Origin: Candidatus Zixiibacteriota bacterium
GTDB lineage: Bacteria; Zixibacteria; MSB-5A5; JAABVY01
DNA length: 64,000 nucleotides
Assembly: GCA_011056555.1 (NCBI GenBank)
Contig: DSEQ01000034.1
Span: 11-64,010 of the forward strand
Direction: 5' to 3'
Both the position numbers and the translations under genes were made by a program. The notes under the pieces were generated by a model, which saw nothing but the letters and a program-made list of their open reading frames with translations, ran no database searches and had not been told where the DNA came from. Below are positions 21,369 to 31,600 of this stretch, piece by piece; positions within the stretch are counted from its first letter, which is position 1; each line of letters opens with the position of its first letter.

Positions 21369-22211
21369 ATGAGAGAGCTACATGTTTCTGAGATTACCCC
21401 TGCGGTCAGGAAACTCTGCATGGAAGCCAATTATGATCTGGGAGATGATGTTTATAACAGGCTTAAAAGTGCAATCGATACAGAGAAATCGCCACTGGGG
21501 AAATCGATCTTAAACGACATCGTAAAAAATGCAGAAATAGCCAGAGAAGAGCAGGTACCGATCTGCCAGGATACCGGTTTCTCGGTGTTCTTCATCAAGA
21601 TGGGACAGGACCTGCATATAACCGGCGGAGACTTCAATGAGGCCATAAACGAGGGGGTTCGCCAGGGTTATAAAGAAGGCTATTTGCGTAAATCGATTGT
21701 GACCGATCCGCTTGAACGAAAAAACAGCGGTGACAACACCCCGGCCTCAATAATTGTGGAGATAGTCCCGGGTGACAAGCTTGAAATCATTTTCGCCCCC
21801 AAAGGCGGCGGAGCGGAAAATATGAGCGAGGTCAAGATGCTCAAACCTTCTGACGGTGTTGAGGGGCTGAAGGATTTTGTAGTCGAGCGTGTGGCCAAAT
21901 CCGGAGGCAATCCCTGTCCGCCAGTTGTCGTAGGAGTCGGTATCGGCGGCACATTCGACCTGTGCGCCCAGCTGGCCAAAAAGGCGCTGATGCGCGAAAT
22001 CGGCAGCAAACATCCCCAGGAGTTTTACGCCAAACTGGAAGAGGAGCTGCTGGAGCTGGTTAATAAAACAGGTGTTGGCCCTCAGGGCCTCGGTGGTCGT
22101 ACAACCGCGCTGGCTGTACATGTGGAGGTACATCCCTGCCACATCGCCAGTTTCCCCGTAGCCGTCAATATGCAGTGCCATGCCGCCCGTCACAAAAAAG
22201 TCGTTTTATAA
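21369..22211 (+). CDS. fumA: class I fumarate hydratase / Fe-S hydro-lyase, alpha (N-terminal-type) subunit
   Basis: 280 aa; tartrate/fumarate-family Fe-S hydro-lyase alpha subunit motifs (CQDTG.., ..PCHIASFPVAVNMQCHAARH). Confidence 0.85.
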   Translation: MRELHVSEITPAVRKLCMEANYDLGDDVYNRLKSAIDTEKSPLGKSILNDIVKNAEIAREEQVPICQDTGFSVFFIKMGQDLHITGGDFNEAINEGVRQGYKEGYLRKSIVTDPLERKNSGDNTPASIIVEIVPGDKLEIIFAPKGGGAENMSEVKMLKPSDGVEGLKDFVVERVAKSGGNPCPPVVVGVGIGGTFDLCAQLAKKALMREIGSKHPQEFYAKLEEELLELVNKTGVGPQGLGGRTTALAVHVEVHPCHIASFPVAVNMQCHAARHKKVVL

Positions 22212-22223
22212 GGAGAATTGACA

Positions 22224-22784
22224 ATGAGCAATGGAAAAAGAACTATAGAGACTCCTCTGACCGATGAGCTGGTCAGGGAACTCACGATCGGGACTGAGGT
22301 ACTGATCAGAGGCACTATATACACAGGCCGTGATTCGGCCCATAAACGTATGACCGAGTCCCTCGCCAAAGGTGAGGAGCTGCCATTCGATCCTAAGGGG
22401 CAGATTATTTATTTCGCCGGACCTACGCCGCCCAAACCGGGCAAGGTTATCGGATCGGCCGGCCCCACCACCTCCTACAGGATGAACAAGTATGCTCCCG
22501 ATATGCTGGATGCCGGTCTTAAGGGCATGATCGGGAAAGGCGAGATGTCGCCTGAGGTGGCCGGCAAGCTGAAAGAGCATACCGCCGTATATTTCCTTGC
22601 AATAGGCGGAGCAGGGGCATTGATATCAAAATCGATCCAGGCGGCTGAGGTGATAGCCTACGAGGATCTTGGCCCGGAGGCTGTCAGGAAATTGACCGTC
22701 AGTGAATTCCCGGCTATCGTTGTCATGGATTGCTTTGGCGGCAATCTCTTCAGAGAAGGCGTCGAGAAGTACAAAATAGCATAA
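22224..22784 (+). CDS. fumB: class I fumarate hydratase, beta (C-terminal-type) subunit
   Basis: 186 aa; Fe-S hydro-lyase beta subunit; ATG at 22224 with AGGAG RBS (track ORF starts at a TTG at 22218); follows the alpha subunit with an 11-nt gap. Confidence 0.85.
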   Translation: MSNGKRTIETPLTDELVRELTIGTEVLIRGTIYTGRDSAHKRMTESLAKGEELPFDPKGQIIYFAGPTPPKPGKVIGSAGPTTSYRMNKYAPDMLDAGLKGMIGKGEMSPEVAGKLKEHTAVYFLAIGGAGALISKSIQAAEVIAYEDLGPEAVRKLTVSEFPAIVVMDCFGGNLFREGVEKYKIA

Positions 22785-22874
22785 TCTGACATATTTGTCA
22801 GCCAGAGGCTTGATCTCGTCTTTGACGATATTGTGACTTTGCGAGGATTGAAGAATAATTAAATTATTGATTGA

Positions 22875-22899
22875 CCCCGCATCGAAAGCGGGGTTTTTT
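22875..22899 (+). terminator. rho-independent terminator after fumB
   Basis: CCCCGCatcgaaaGCGGGG followed by T6; sits 5 nt before the next ATG so it may act as partial terminator/attenuator. Confidence 0.55.
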
Positions 22900-22904
22900 A
22901 CAAT

Positions 22905-24656
22905 ATGCCCGGTTTATTTGGAATAGTCGAATTTGAGAAGAGACCTGATGGATCGTTGTTCAATAATCTCGCCTCAAAGATCACACCCTACAAAAACGCC
23001 TATCTCCAATCGGAAGCCGAAAACTGCCTTCTGGGTTTCAAGTCGCTGGCGATAGTCGATCCGAAAGGCCAGCCTTTTTATGATCGCCAAAACTCTCTTG
23101 CTCTCTTCTTCTGGGGAGAGGTGTTTGAGAGGGATAATAAGACGCCTCGAATACCGGAATATATATTTGAATTATATCTGGAAGATCGCTTGGAAGAGCT
23201 GAAAGAGATAAACGGCTTTTTCAGTTTGGCCCTCTGGGATGACAGGAACAGGATATTGATACTTGCGACTGACATTCATGGCAGCCGTCCCCTGTACTGC
23301 TATCCAAATAAGAACTCGATCATCTTTGCCCCCAATCCGTTTGCATTGGCCGGAACTCTGGGTTTAAGCAAAGTGAATCGTGATGCTATGCTGCAGTTTT
23401 TGACCTTTTCAAAGATGTTTTATAATCACACCTGGATTGGCGGCATAATGAAACTGAGATATGGTCAAATTCTGCGCCTGGACAAATCGGAACTTCGTAC
23501 GACCCAATATTTCTTTCCCTGTTATGACCCGGTAAAAATGAGCATCGATGATGCCGCGGACGGAATACTGGAAAGACTGGAAAAAGCGGTAATCCGGATG
23601 TCTGAAGGAAAGGCGGCCCTGTCGCTGTCAGGCGGAGGCGATTCACGGCTTCTGGCGGCGCTGCTTAAGAAAAATAAAATCCTGATACCCGCCTTCACAT
23701 TTGGAGGCAATGAAAGCGAGGACATCAGGATTGCTGAAGAAGTATGCGCTCATCTTAATATGCCCCACCATAAGCTATTGATCTCCCAGGATTTCCTCGA
23801 GCATCATCTCGAGGAAGCGGTTTACAATACCGGCGGATATACTTCAGCTTTGAATTTCCACGGTATATCGACCAGGTATGAGGTTAAAAAGATTTGCGAT
23901 GTATGTATTTCGGGATTGTATGGGAACAATTACCTCGGGTACATCTCCTGGTTTCTGTACAAACTATATCAAAACAACCGATCGGGGGGACTCAAAGATA
24001 TTCATGATAAATTCTTTGCCAAGGGGCAGGTGCTTGACAGCCTGGAACGGCTGACAGCATTTGCTATTGACCGCAGCGAGTTAATAAATGGAATCTCTAC
24101 AATTCTTGACATTTATACTTTCCAAACTATGCTGGCCACATGGATGATGTTAGATCATTTTGAAATTAATTCGCAAAGCTCGCTGGCCGGATTCTGGCTC
24201 GAAAATGACCTGCTCGAATTTCGCAGCCCTTATGGTGACCGGGACCTCCTGGAATTTAATTTCAAGATTCCGGTTGAATATAAATTGATGATGAACCTCG
24301 GCAGGCATATCTGGAGCAAATATTTCCCCGGCCTGGGTGAGATTGATCACCAGCGTACCGGCCTGCCCATAAATTCATCGTTAAAAAAACTGATTATCCA
24401 GAAGGTAGCCTCGCGTGTATTCAAGATAAGGCCTCGCGCCGGAATAATGGAATATTCTGCGGTATTTGAGCATAATTTAAAGGATTGGCTGAAGGATTTC
24501 CTATTGTCAGAAAAAGCCCGCATTCGTGAGTATCTTAATATGGACACGGTTGCCATAAGGGTCGGCACCCATACCGAATCTGACACTGAAAACGCGTCAC
24601 AAATTGGATTATTGCTGACCCTCGAGCAGGTGCTCAGGATACTTGAACCGGATTAA
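22905..24656 (+). CDS. asparagine synthetase-like amidotransferase lacking the N-terminal Cys nucleophile
   Basis: 583 aa; N-terminal Ntn-type GATase-like fold but starts MPGLFG (no Cys2); PP-loop SLSGGGDSRLLAALL of AsnB-type synthetase domain. Confidence 0.75.
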   Translation: MPGLFGIVEFEKRPDGSLFNNLASKITPYKNAYLQSEAENCLLGFKSLAIVDPKGQPFYDRQNSLALFFWGEVFERDNKTPRIPEYIFELYLEDRLEELKEINGFFSLALWDDRNRILILATDIHGSRPLYCYPNKNSIIFAPNPFALAGTLGLSKVNRDAMLQFLTFSKMFYNHTWIGGIMKLRYGQILRLDKSELRTTQYFFPCYDPVKMSIDDAADGILERLEKAVIRMSEGKAALSLSGGGDSRLLAALLKKNKILIPAFTFGGNESEDIRIAEEVCAHLNMPHHKLLISQDFLEHHLEEAVYNTGGYTSALNFHGISTRYEVKKICDVCISGLYGNNYLGYISWFLYKLYQNNRSGGLKDIHDKFFAKGQVLDSLERLTAFAIDRSELINGISTILDIYTFQTMLATWMMLDHFEINSQSSLAGFWLENDLLEFRSPYGDRDLLEFNFKIPVEYKLMMNLGRHIWSKYFPGLGEIDHQRTGLPINSSLKKLIIQKVASRVFKIRPRAGIMEYSAVFEHNLKDWLKDFLLSEKARIREYLNMDTVAIRVGTHTESDTENASQIGLLLTLEQVLRILEPD

Positions 24657-24777
24657 TATTTAGTACTCTGATAATGATAGAGCGGAAACAACCATTAAGA
24701 TAGATATTTTCATCTTTATTTTTCGATAAGTGTGTACATCTCGTGTAATTGAGCGTATAATGTAAATGGAGGTGCCG

Positions 24778-25170
24778 ATGGACACGAAGAAGATTGCAAT
24801 TGCTACAGACGATAAAGAGACCATTTCGCAACATCTGGGGCGCGCCAATTATTTCGCGATATATACGATTACCCCGGATGAGGTAATCGACCGTCAATAT
24901 ATAAAAAATGAAGCTGCCCATCATAGAAAACACCGTTCTCATGATGACCATAAGAGAGTGCATCGCGAGATGATCAGTCAGCTTTCCGGCTGCCAGGTCA
25001 TTCTGGCGGCAGGCATGGGAGATCCTATCCGCAAGGACTTTGAAGAAGCCGGTATGAAGGGTTATGTTGTGGTTGAAGGGGGGTCCATAGAGGAAGCTGT
25101 ACAACAGTATCTAGATGGTGAGCTGATGATAAATCGCGACGGCGGTTGCGAGCATAACCGTCGTGAATAG
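24778..25170 (+). CDS. dinitrogenase FeMo-cofactor biosynthesis (NifX/NifB-C-terminal-like) domain protein
   Basis: ~130 aa; KIAIATDDKETISQHLGRANYFAIY...VILAAGMGDPIRKDFEEAGMKGYVV typical of PF02579; the second ATG (24778) has the better RBS. Confidence 0.7.
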   Translation: MDTKKIAIATDDKETISQHLGRANYFAIYTITPDEVIDRQYIKNEAAHHRKHRSHDDHKRVHREMISQLSGCQVILAAGMGDPIRKDFEEAGMKGYVVVEGGSIEEAVQQYLDGELMINRDGGCEHNRRE

Positions 25171-25171
25171 A

Positions 25172-26191
25172 CTATTCCAGATCCTTCAAGCGTTTTTCGA
25201 TTTCACGAATCCTTTTTACATAATCCGGGAGGCGGTTCAGAATCGCTTCAATCCGCTTTTGATGCATCATGTCGTGGGCAGGCGATCCGAGAACCCTGGT
25301 TTTATCTTCCAGGTCATGAGCGACTCCTGATTGCGCCGCAACGATAACATCATTACCTATATTAAGATGTCCTATCAGCCCGGCCTGGCCGGCCAGGATC
25401 ACATTATCACCCAGCTTTGTCGAGCCGGAAATTCCAACCTGTGAAATTATGATGCAGTTTTCACCCATCTTAACGTTATGCGCGATCTGCACCAGGTTGT
25501 CGATCTTGGTACCTTTACCGATTCGTGTTTCACCCAGCGTTGCGCGGTCAATTGCGCAGTTGGCTCCGATTTCGACATCATCTTCTACTACCACAACACC
25601 GACCTGCGGAATTTTGTGGCTTTTACCTTCATGCTGCACATATCCGAATCCATCCGAACCGATTGTGGTGCCGCTGTGAATTATCACCCTGTCACCAATT
25701 CGAGTTCCCTCCCGTATCGTCACATTGGGATAGATGAGGCAGTCTTTGCCGATCTTGCTGTCACTGCCGATAAACGCTCCGGGCAGGATTTTTGTATTTT
25801 CGCCGATACTGACGTTATCCTCCAGAACGGCATACGCACCTATATGGACGCTGGTGTGAATGGAGCAGTTATCGCCGGTGATCGCACGGTCGTTCACTCC
25901 GTCGGAGTATTTTTTCTGCTGCGGGTAGAATAGCTTTAGCGCCTGTGAAAAAGCAAAGTAGGGCTGGGGATGGATCAGGAGCGTCTTTTTCGACTCCCTG
26001 ATCTCGGGAGGCACAATGACTGCGCTGGCTTTCGTACTTTCCAGGAACTTAAAATACTTGTGATTGGAAAGAAAGGCCAGTTCCCCCTCCTGTGCATCCT
26101 TAACAGGGGCCAGCCCATAAAGCATAAGCTGGGCATCTCCGACAAGCTCGGCGCCCAGCTTCTTCGCTAATTCAGCAGTACTGATCTGCAT
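25172..26191 (-). CDS. lpxD: UDP-3-O-(3-hydroxyacyl)glucosamine N-acyltransferase LpxD
   Basis: 339 aa; N-terminal LpxD domain plus long left-handed beta-helix hexapeptide repeats; location downstream of skp. Confidence 0.9.
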   Translation of the reverse strand: MQISTAELAKKLGAELVGDAQLMLYGLAPVKDAQEGELAFLSNHKYFKFLESTKASAVIVPPEIRESKKTLLIHPQPYFAFSQALKLFYPQQKKYSDGVNDRAITGDNCSIHTSVHIGAYAVLEDNVSIGENTKILPGAFIGSDSKIGKDCLIYPNVTIREGTRIGDRVIIHSGTTIGSDGFGYVQHEGKSHKIPQVGVVVVEDDVEIGANCAIDRATLGETRIGKGTKIDNLVQIAHNVKMGENCIIISQVGISGSTKLGDNVILAGQAGLIGHLNIGNDVIVAAQSGVAHDLEDKTRVLGSPAHDMMHQKRIEAILNRLPDYVKRIREIEKRLKDLE

Positions 26192-26196
26192 GCCGG

Positions 26197-26736
26197 TTAT
26201 TGCATCTTCTGGAGTTCTTCCAGGACCTTATCGGTGATATCGAGGCTTTTCTTGGCATAGGCGATATTGCCGTTCACCGCATCGAATACATAATCGTAAT
26301 TCTGCTCCTGGGCAATTCTTTCCAGCACAGCGGTTATTTTATCGAGAAGCGGTCTGGTGAGTTCCCGATTGCGCTGTTCCGCCTTTCCGCTCTGCCCGAA
26401 AACATCGACCATGTATTTCTGCAATGCCGCTTCCTTGGCATCGATCACTTCCTGCCTTTTGGCACGGGCTTCTTCCGAGAGCAGAAGCGCCTTCTCGCTG
26501 AGATCCTTCTTGAGGCTGTCCACTTCCTTCTCCATCTCCATAGCTTCCTGCTGCCAATCATCAAGTTCCTTATCGAATTGCTCCTGGGCCTCCAGGAATT
26601 CGCTGTATTCGCTTCGGATGCGGTAGGAATCGACATATACAATCTTGCCGCTTTGTGCCAAACCCGGATTTGTGAAAACCAGGCTCACAAGAAAAGCCGT
26701 AATCACTGTCCATAAGAGGTTTTTCATAATATTCAT
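26197..26736 (-). CDS. skp: OmpH/Skp periplasmic chaperone
   Basis: ~179 aa; signal peptide then long coiled-coil K/E/Q-rich body; classic bamA-skp-lpxD synteny. Confidence 0.75.
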   Translation of the reverse strand: MNIMKNLLWTVITAFLVSLVFTNPGLAQSGKIVYVDSYRIRSEYSEFLEAQEQFDKELDDWQQEAMEMEKEVDSLKKDLSEKALLLSEEARAKRQEVIDAKEAALQKYMVDVFGQSGKAEQRNRELTRPLLDKITAVLERIAQEQNYDYVFDAVNGNIAYAKKSLDITDKVLEELQKMQ

Positions 26737-26765
26737 CACTTCCCCTATCTTAAATTAACTATCAT

Positions 26766-29075
26766 CTAAAAAGTTGTGCCAACCTGGAAGTGGGGCTTCC
26801 AGCCTGGATCATCTGCATTAATACCATAACCAAAATCAAAACCGATCACACCTACGCCGGGCACCACAATTCTGAATCCGGCGCCATATGACTTATACAA
26901 TTCATCTTTATTAAAAGGCGAAATTTGATATCCCGCCAGCCAGGAATTTCCGGCATCGGCGAAAAGTAAAGCATAAATCTGCTGCTCCACGATCGGCACC
27001 TGAAGCTCAGCATTGTAAACCAGCATCGCCCGTCCACGAATGCTCTGCCCCAGGGAATTCTTGGGAGTCACTCGACCATCATCATACCCCCGGATAGTAC
27101 CGTCGGGATCGGTTCCGCCGGGAGAAAATCTCTCTGTAAACGGCACACCATCTTCGCCGTCCGGGGAGTCAACCACGCCGACCTTCATCTTGCCCGCCAG
27201 CACAAACTTCCAGAATAACGGAATAAATTTGGAGGCCTCAAAAGTGTGTCTATGAAATTCGTAATAGCCGCCCAATGGCCCGCCCGCGTATTCGGTGGTA
27301 AATCTATATACCGAGCCCCTGGTCGGAAAGAGCGGCAGATCCCTGGAATCACGCACAATCGACATATTGACCGATGATGTGCGCAGCCAGTCTTCATTCA
27401 ATGCCTGCAAATCGGGATAGCTGGTTGTATCTTCGAAGTCATAATAGCGGACATCCTCGAGCCTGTAACCGCCGTAAAGACGGAAATAATCATCAGGCCA
27501 ACTCAGCCGCCTTCCGAATCTAATCGATCCGCCCCGCCGGCCTTCCCAGAAATCATCGTACCACCGACGATTCAAATTGTAAATATTGCTGGAAAATGAA
27601 GTCGGCGTCCCGAACAGCCACGGCTCGGAAAAACTGATCGAAACGGAATTTCTGTTGGCCCCGAATTCAACCGCCAGGGAAAGATTCTGCCCGTTACCGC
27701 GGAAATTGGGCATACCCAGGGAAACAGTACCCACCAAGCCGTCCTGCCCGGAATAACCGGCACCCGCATTAAACTGGCCGGTCGGCTTCTCCTTCATCTC
27801 CATAACCAGGTCCACATCACCGTTTGGCAGAACCCTGAAATCCGGTATAGCGCTCTCAAAATAATTCAGGAGCATGACATTACGTACCGAACGTTCCAGA
27901 AGCGAACGGCGGAAAATCTGTCCGGGACGCGAAAACATCTCCCGCCGAATTACCTTCTCTTTGGTCCTGGTATTGCCGACAATTTCAATCTTGTTAATTT
28001 TGGCCGGGACACCTTCGCTGATCTCGAATTCAACATTTATCATCGAATCGACAGTCGTGAGATTTTCGAAGATGCGGGCATGTATGTAGCCCTGTTCTTG
28101 ATAAAGGGAATATAGCTGACCAATGGACTCTTCAAACTTTTCGGGATTATAAACATCATATTCCTCATAAGTCAACTGATCGTAAAGCGCATTTTCTCCG
28201 TAAACCTTGTGACCATAGAAGCTGGTTTCGCCGAAGTAATAGCGGGGGCCCTCATAGACTTCGATTTGAACCGTCATCCATCGTGGATCATTTTCGTCAA
28301 TTATGACAGAGTCCGATAAAACTGCCGCGTCTATATAGCCCTCCTCGCGATAGAACCGGACTATCTTTTCCTTATCTTCCTCGTGTTTTTCAGGATCAAA
28401 ATTTCCTGAGCGCAGAAATCCCTTGGGCTTGTTACCCATTTTACCGCGCAATTTATCGTCAGTGAAAATCTCGTTTCCGACAAATTCGATCTCCCGGATT
28501 CTGATTTTTGGCCCTTCATCGATTTCAAAAACCAGCACATGCTCATTGGTAAGCGGATCATCGGTAACTTCCTTCAGCTCCGATTCAATCTTTACCCTGT
28601 AGTAGCCCTTTTCCTGATATTTCGCCTTGATCTGTTTAACAGAGGAGAGGACCTGGTTGGGCGATATCATCTGCCCTATCCTGATGGAGTCTATTTCCCT
28701 CAGATCTTTATCGCTTATCTCATCATTGCCCTTGTATTGAACCTCAGTTACGACAGGGTATTCCTCCACCTTAATGATCAGGTCGATATACTTGCCGTCC
28801 TGGATTTCCCCCAGCAACTGGACATCGGAAAAGAGCCCCAGTTCATAGATCTGCCTGACCGCATCCTGGGTGGCAGTAGAGGTCAAAACCGACCCTATGG
28901 TAAAATCGGAAACGGACAGGATCAGGCTCTTGTCAGCCAGCTTATTTCCTTCGACCTCAATCGATGAGATCGTCAGGTTCTGGGCCGACAGGCCTGCCGC
29001 AAAAAGAACTGTTAAGAGAAGAGTGAGTGAAAATAAAAGCCTGCTGAATTTCATCCTTCTTGAACCCTGAATCAC
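26766..29075 (-). CDS. bamA: outer membrane protein assembly factor BamA
   Basis: 769 aa; signal peptide, five POTRA-like repeats, C-terminal Omp85 beta-barrel ending ..HFQVGTTF. Confidence 0.9.
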   Translation of the reverse strand: MIQGSRRMKFSRLLFSLTLLLTVLFAAGLSAQNLTISSIEVEGNKLADKSLILSVSDFTIGSVLTSTATQDAVRQIYELGLFSDVQLLGEIQDGKYIDLIIKVEEYPVVTEVQYKGNDEISDKDLREIDSIRIGQMISPNQVLSSVKQIKAKYQEKGYYRVKIESELKEVTDDPLTNEHVLVFEIDEGPKIRIREIEFVGNEIFTDDKLRGKMGNKPKGFLRSGNFDPEKHEEDKEKIVRFYREEGYIDAAVLSDSVIIDENDPRWMTVQIEVYEGPRYYFGETSFYGHKVYGENALYDQLTYEEYDVYNPEKFEESIGQLYSLYQEQGYIHARIFENLTTVDSMINVEFEISEGVPAKINKIEIVGNTRTKEKVIRREMFSRPGQIFRRSLLERSVRNVMLLNYFESAIPDFRVLPNGDVDLVMEMKEKPTGQFNAGAGYSGQDGLVGTVSLGMPNFRGNGQNLSLAVEFGANRNSVSISFSEPWLFGTPTSFSSNIYNLNRRWYDDFWEGRRGGSIRFGRRLSWPDDYFRLYGGYRLEDVRYYDFEDTTSYPDLQALNEDWLRTSSVNMSIVRDSRDLPLFPTRGSVYRFTTEYAGGPLGGYYEFHRHTFEASKFIPLFWKFVLAGKMKVGVVDSPDGEDGVPFTERFSPGGTDPDGTIRGYDDGRVTPKNSLGQSIRGRAMLVYNAELQVPIVEQQIYALLFADAGNSWLAGYQISPFNKDELYKSYGAGFRIVVPGVGVIGFDFGYGINADDPGWKPHFQVGTTF

Positions 29076-29386
29076 GGTACGGATATTTTGTTTATTTTGA
29101 TTTCCGTATAGGGTTGACGATGGCCGGCTTTGCGGCGATATTTAGTGCGTCTCTTGTAAGTCGAAACTATTATTTTTTCAGCTTTACCTTGATTAACGAC
29201 CTCGGCTTCCACCGCCGCATTTTCAATGTATGGTTTTCCAACCAACGGGTCGCTGTCGCCTTTGATAAGGAGAATCCTGTCAAATTTGACCGTATCTCCC
29301 GGGGATATGGGAAGCCTGGGAATATTGAGGCTGTCACCCTCGGCCACTTCAAACTGCAACCCACCAGTTTCAAAAACTGCGTACAT
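29072..29386 (-). CDS. rplU: 50S ribosomal protein L21
   Basis: MYAVFETGGLQFEV... canonical L21; start codon at 29386 (track start 29389 is a TTG one codon upstream); 4-nt overlap with the bamA start. Confidence 0.9.
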   Translation of the reverse strand: MYAVFETGGLQFEVAEGDSLNIPRLPISPGDTVKFDRILLIKGDSDPLVGKPYIENAAVEAEVVNQGKAEKIIVSTYKRRTKYRRKAGHRQPYTEIKINKISVP

Positions 29387-29543
29387 CAAGTCTCCTTTCG
29401 AGATTCCAAAAAACTAAGCCGGAATTATACGAAAATCAAACCTTATGTCAAGGCCATTTTGCATTCTCAATGTTTTAAACATCAGTGCCTATAAATGTTC
29501 CAGATATATGAAACTGACAGGCTTGCCAAGCGTTTAAATCATC

Positions 29544-29572
29544 TTGACCGGGTGCAATAATTTCAGCATAAT
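29544..29572 (+). promoter_or_regulatory. candidate sigma70-like promoter of uvrB (TTGACC-17 nt-CATAAT), would give a near-leaderless transcript
   Basis: TTGACC at 29544-29549 and CATAAT at 29567-29572 with 17-nt spacer; ATG of uvrB at 29581. Confidence 0.3.
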
Positions 29573-29580
29573 AGAGTATC

Positions 29581-31584
29581 ATGGCAGAATTCAAACTGGT
29601 GTCGACATACAAGCCCACAGGCGATCAGCCCCGGGCAATCGAGGAACTGGCAGACGGGCTGAAGAGAAATCGGCGTTTCCAGACACTCCTGGGTGTAACC
29701 GGTTCCGGGAAGACTTTCACGATGGCCAACGTGATCCAGAAGTACGGGCGGCCCACTCTCATTATCTCCCATAACAAAACTCTGGCGGCCCAGCTTTACG
29801 GCGAATTCAAAGCATACTTTCCCAACAATGCGGTGGAATTCTTTATCTCCTACTACGATTACTATCAACCCGAAGCCTATATCCCTGTGACGGATACATA
29901 TATTGAAAAAGACACCTCCATAAACGATGATATCGATCGGCTCAGGCTTCGGGCTACAGCGTCCTTGTTGCAGCGTGAGGATGTCATCATTATCGCATCG
30001 GTTTCCTGCATTTACGGAATAGGATCGCCCCAAAACTACAAAGAGCAGATGGCTTTCGTAAAAAAGGGAGAGACCCGTGATCGCGATGAACTCCTGCGCG
30101 ATCTGATCAGCATCCATTATTCACGCAATGATATCGATTTCAGCCGCGGGACCTTCCGCGTACGCGGTGACAGCGTGGAAATCTTCCCCGCCTATGAGGT
30201 CTTTCCATACCGGGTTGAGTTTTTTGGAGATGAGGTCGAGAGGATTGTCGAAATCGACCATGTCAGCGGTAAAATACGCGGGGAACAGCCCGGCCTGGCA
30301 GTCTATCCCGCCAAGCATTTCATAACCAGCCCCCGGCAGCTGGAGGCTGCAATAGAAAATATCGAAAAAGAGCTGGACGAGAGACTGTACGAGCTGCGCA
30401 GCCAGAACAAACTGCTGGAGGCCCAGCGCCTGGAATCACGAACCAATTTTGATATCGAAATGATGCGGGAGATAGGCTATTGCAGCGGGATCGAAAATTA
30501 TTCCCGGCATCTGAGCGGCAGAGCCGCCGGAGAACCGCCCTACACATTGATCGACTTCTTTCCTGATGATTTCCTGCTGATAATCGACGAATCGCACCAG
30601 ACAATTCCCCAGATTCGGGGTATGTATGCAGGCGACAGGTCGCGCAAGACAGTTCTGGTCGAGTATGGTTTCAGGCTTCCCTCAGCGCTGGACAATCGCC
30701 CCCTGGTTTTCGATGAATTCGAAGGGCATATCAACAAATGCATATTCATTTCGGCGACTCCCGACGAGTATGAGCTAGAGAGGTCAGAAGGGGTCGTGAC
30801 GGAGCAAATTATTCGTCCAACAGGACTGGTCGATCCGGAAATTGTCGTCAAACCGCTGGCCACTCAGGTGGACGATCTGATTGAGGAAATCCGCAAGCGG
30901 GTGACAAAAAAGGAACGCATTCTGGTCACCACTCTGACCAAACGGATGGCCGAGGACCTGACCGATTATCTGAAGAGCTTGAATATAAAGGTCAGATATC
31001 TGCATTCGGAGATAGATGCGATTGACAGGGTCGAGATAATCCGCGACTTACGGCTGGCGGAATTCGATGTCCTGGTCGGAATCAACCTCCTCCGTGAGGG
31101 CCTGGATCTGCCGGAGGTGTCACTGGTGGCCATTCTGGATGCCGACAAAGAAGGCTTCCTGCGGTCTGAGAAGTCTTTAATTCAAACCGCGGGACGCGCG
31201 GCCAGAAATGTCTCCGGACAGGTTATCCTGTATGCGGACAAGATCACGGGATCGATGCAGCGCGCCATTGACGAAACCAATCGAAGAAGGGCTAAGCAAT
31301 TGGAATACAATGAGAAACATGACATCACCCCGGCCACGATTTTTAAATCGAGGGACGACATAATGAGGACCACCCTGTTTGCAGACTCCCGCACCAAAGA
31401 GGAAGAGCAAATTCTTCTGCCGGAATTCTTCAAGCATCTCGAACATTCGGCTAAAATCAATTTCCTCAAGCAGTCCATGAAGAAGGCGGCCGACAATCTA
31501 AATTTTGAGGAGGCCACATTCTATCGTGACAAATTGCGGGAACTGGAAAAGGACCATCGAACTAAATCCGGTCAAAGACGTTAA
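29581..31584 (+). CDS. uvrB: excinuclease ABC subunit B
   Basis: 667 aa; Walker [11 protein letters not shown], beta-hairpin region, helicase motifs, C-terminal UVR domain ([12 protein letters not shown]). Confidence 0.95.
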   Translation: MAEFKLVSTYKPTGDQPRAIEELADGLKRNRRFQTLLGVTGSGKTFTMANVIQKYGRPTLIISHNKTLAAQLYGEFKAYFPNNAVEFFISYYDYYQPEAYIPVTDTYIEKDTSINDDIDRLRLRATASLLQREDVIIIASVSCIYGIGSPQNYKEQMAFVKKGETRDRDELLRDLISIHYSRNDIDFSRGTFRVRGDSVEIFPAYEVFPYRVEFFGDEVERIVEIDHVSGKIRGEQPGLAVYPAKHFITSPRQLEAAIENIEKELDERLYELRSQNKLLEAQRLESRTNFDIEMMREIGYCSGIENYSRHLSGRAAGEPPYTLIDFFPDDFLLIIDESHQTIPQIRGMYAGDRSRKTVLVEYGFRLPSALDNRPLVFDEFEGHINKCIFISATPDEYELERSEGVVTEQIIRPTGLVDPEIVVKPLATQVDDLIEEIRKRVTKKERILVTTLTKRMAEDLTDYLKSLNIKVRYLHSEIDAIDRVEIIRDLRLAEFDVLVGINLLREGLDLPEVSLVAILDADKEGFLRSEKSLIQTAGRAARNVSGQVILYADKITGSMQRAIDETNRRRAKQLEYNEKHDITPATIFKSRDDIMRTTLFADSRTKEEEQILLPEFFKHLEHSAKINFLKQSMKKAADNLNFEEATFYRDKLRELEKDHRTKSGQRR

Positions 31585-31600
31585 ATATACAGGAGTTAGC

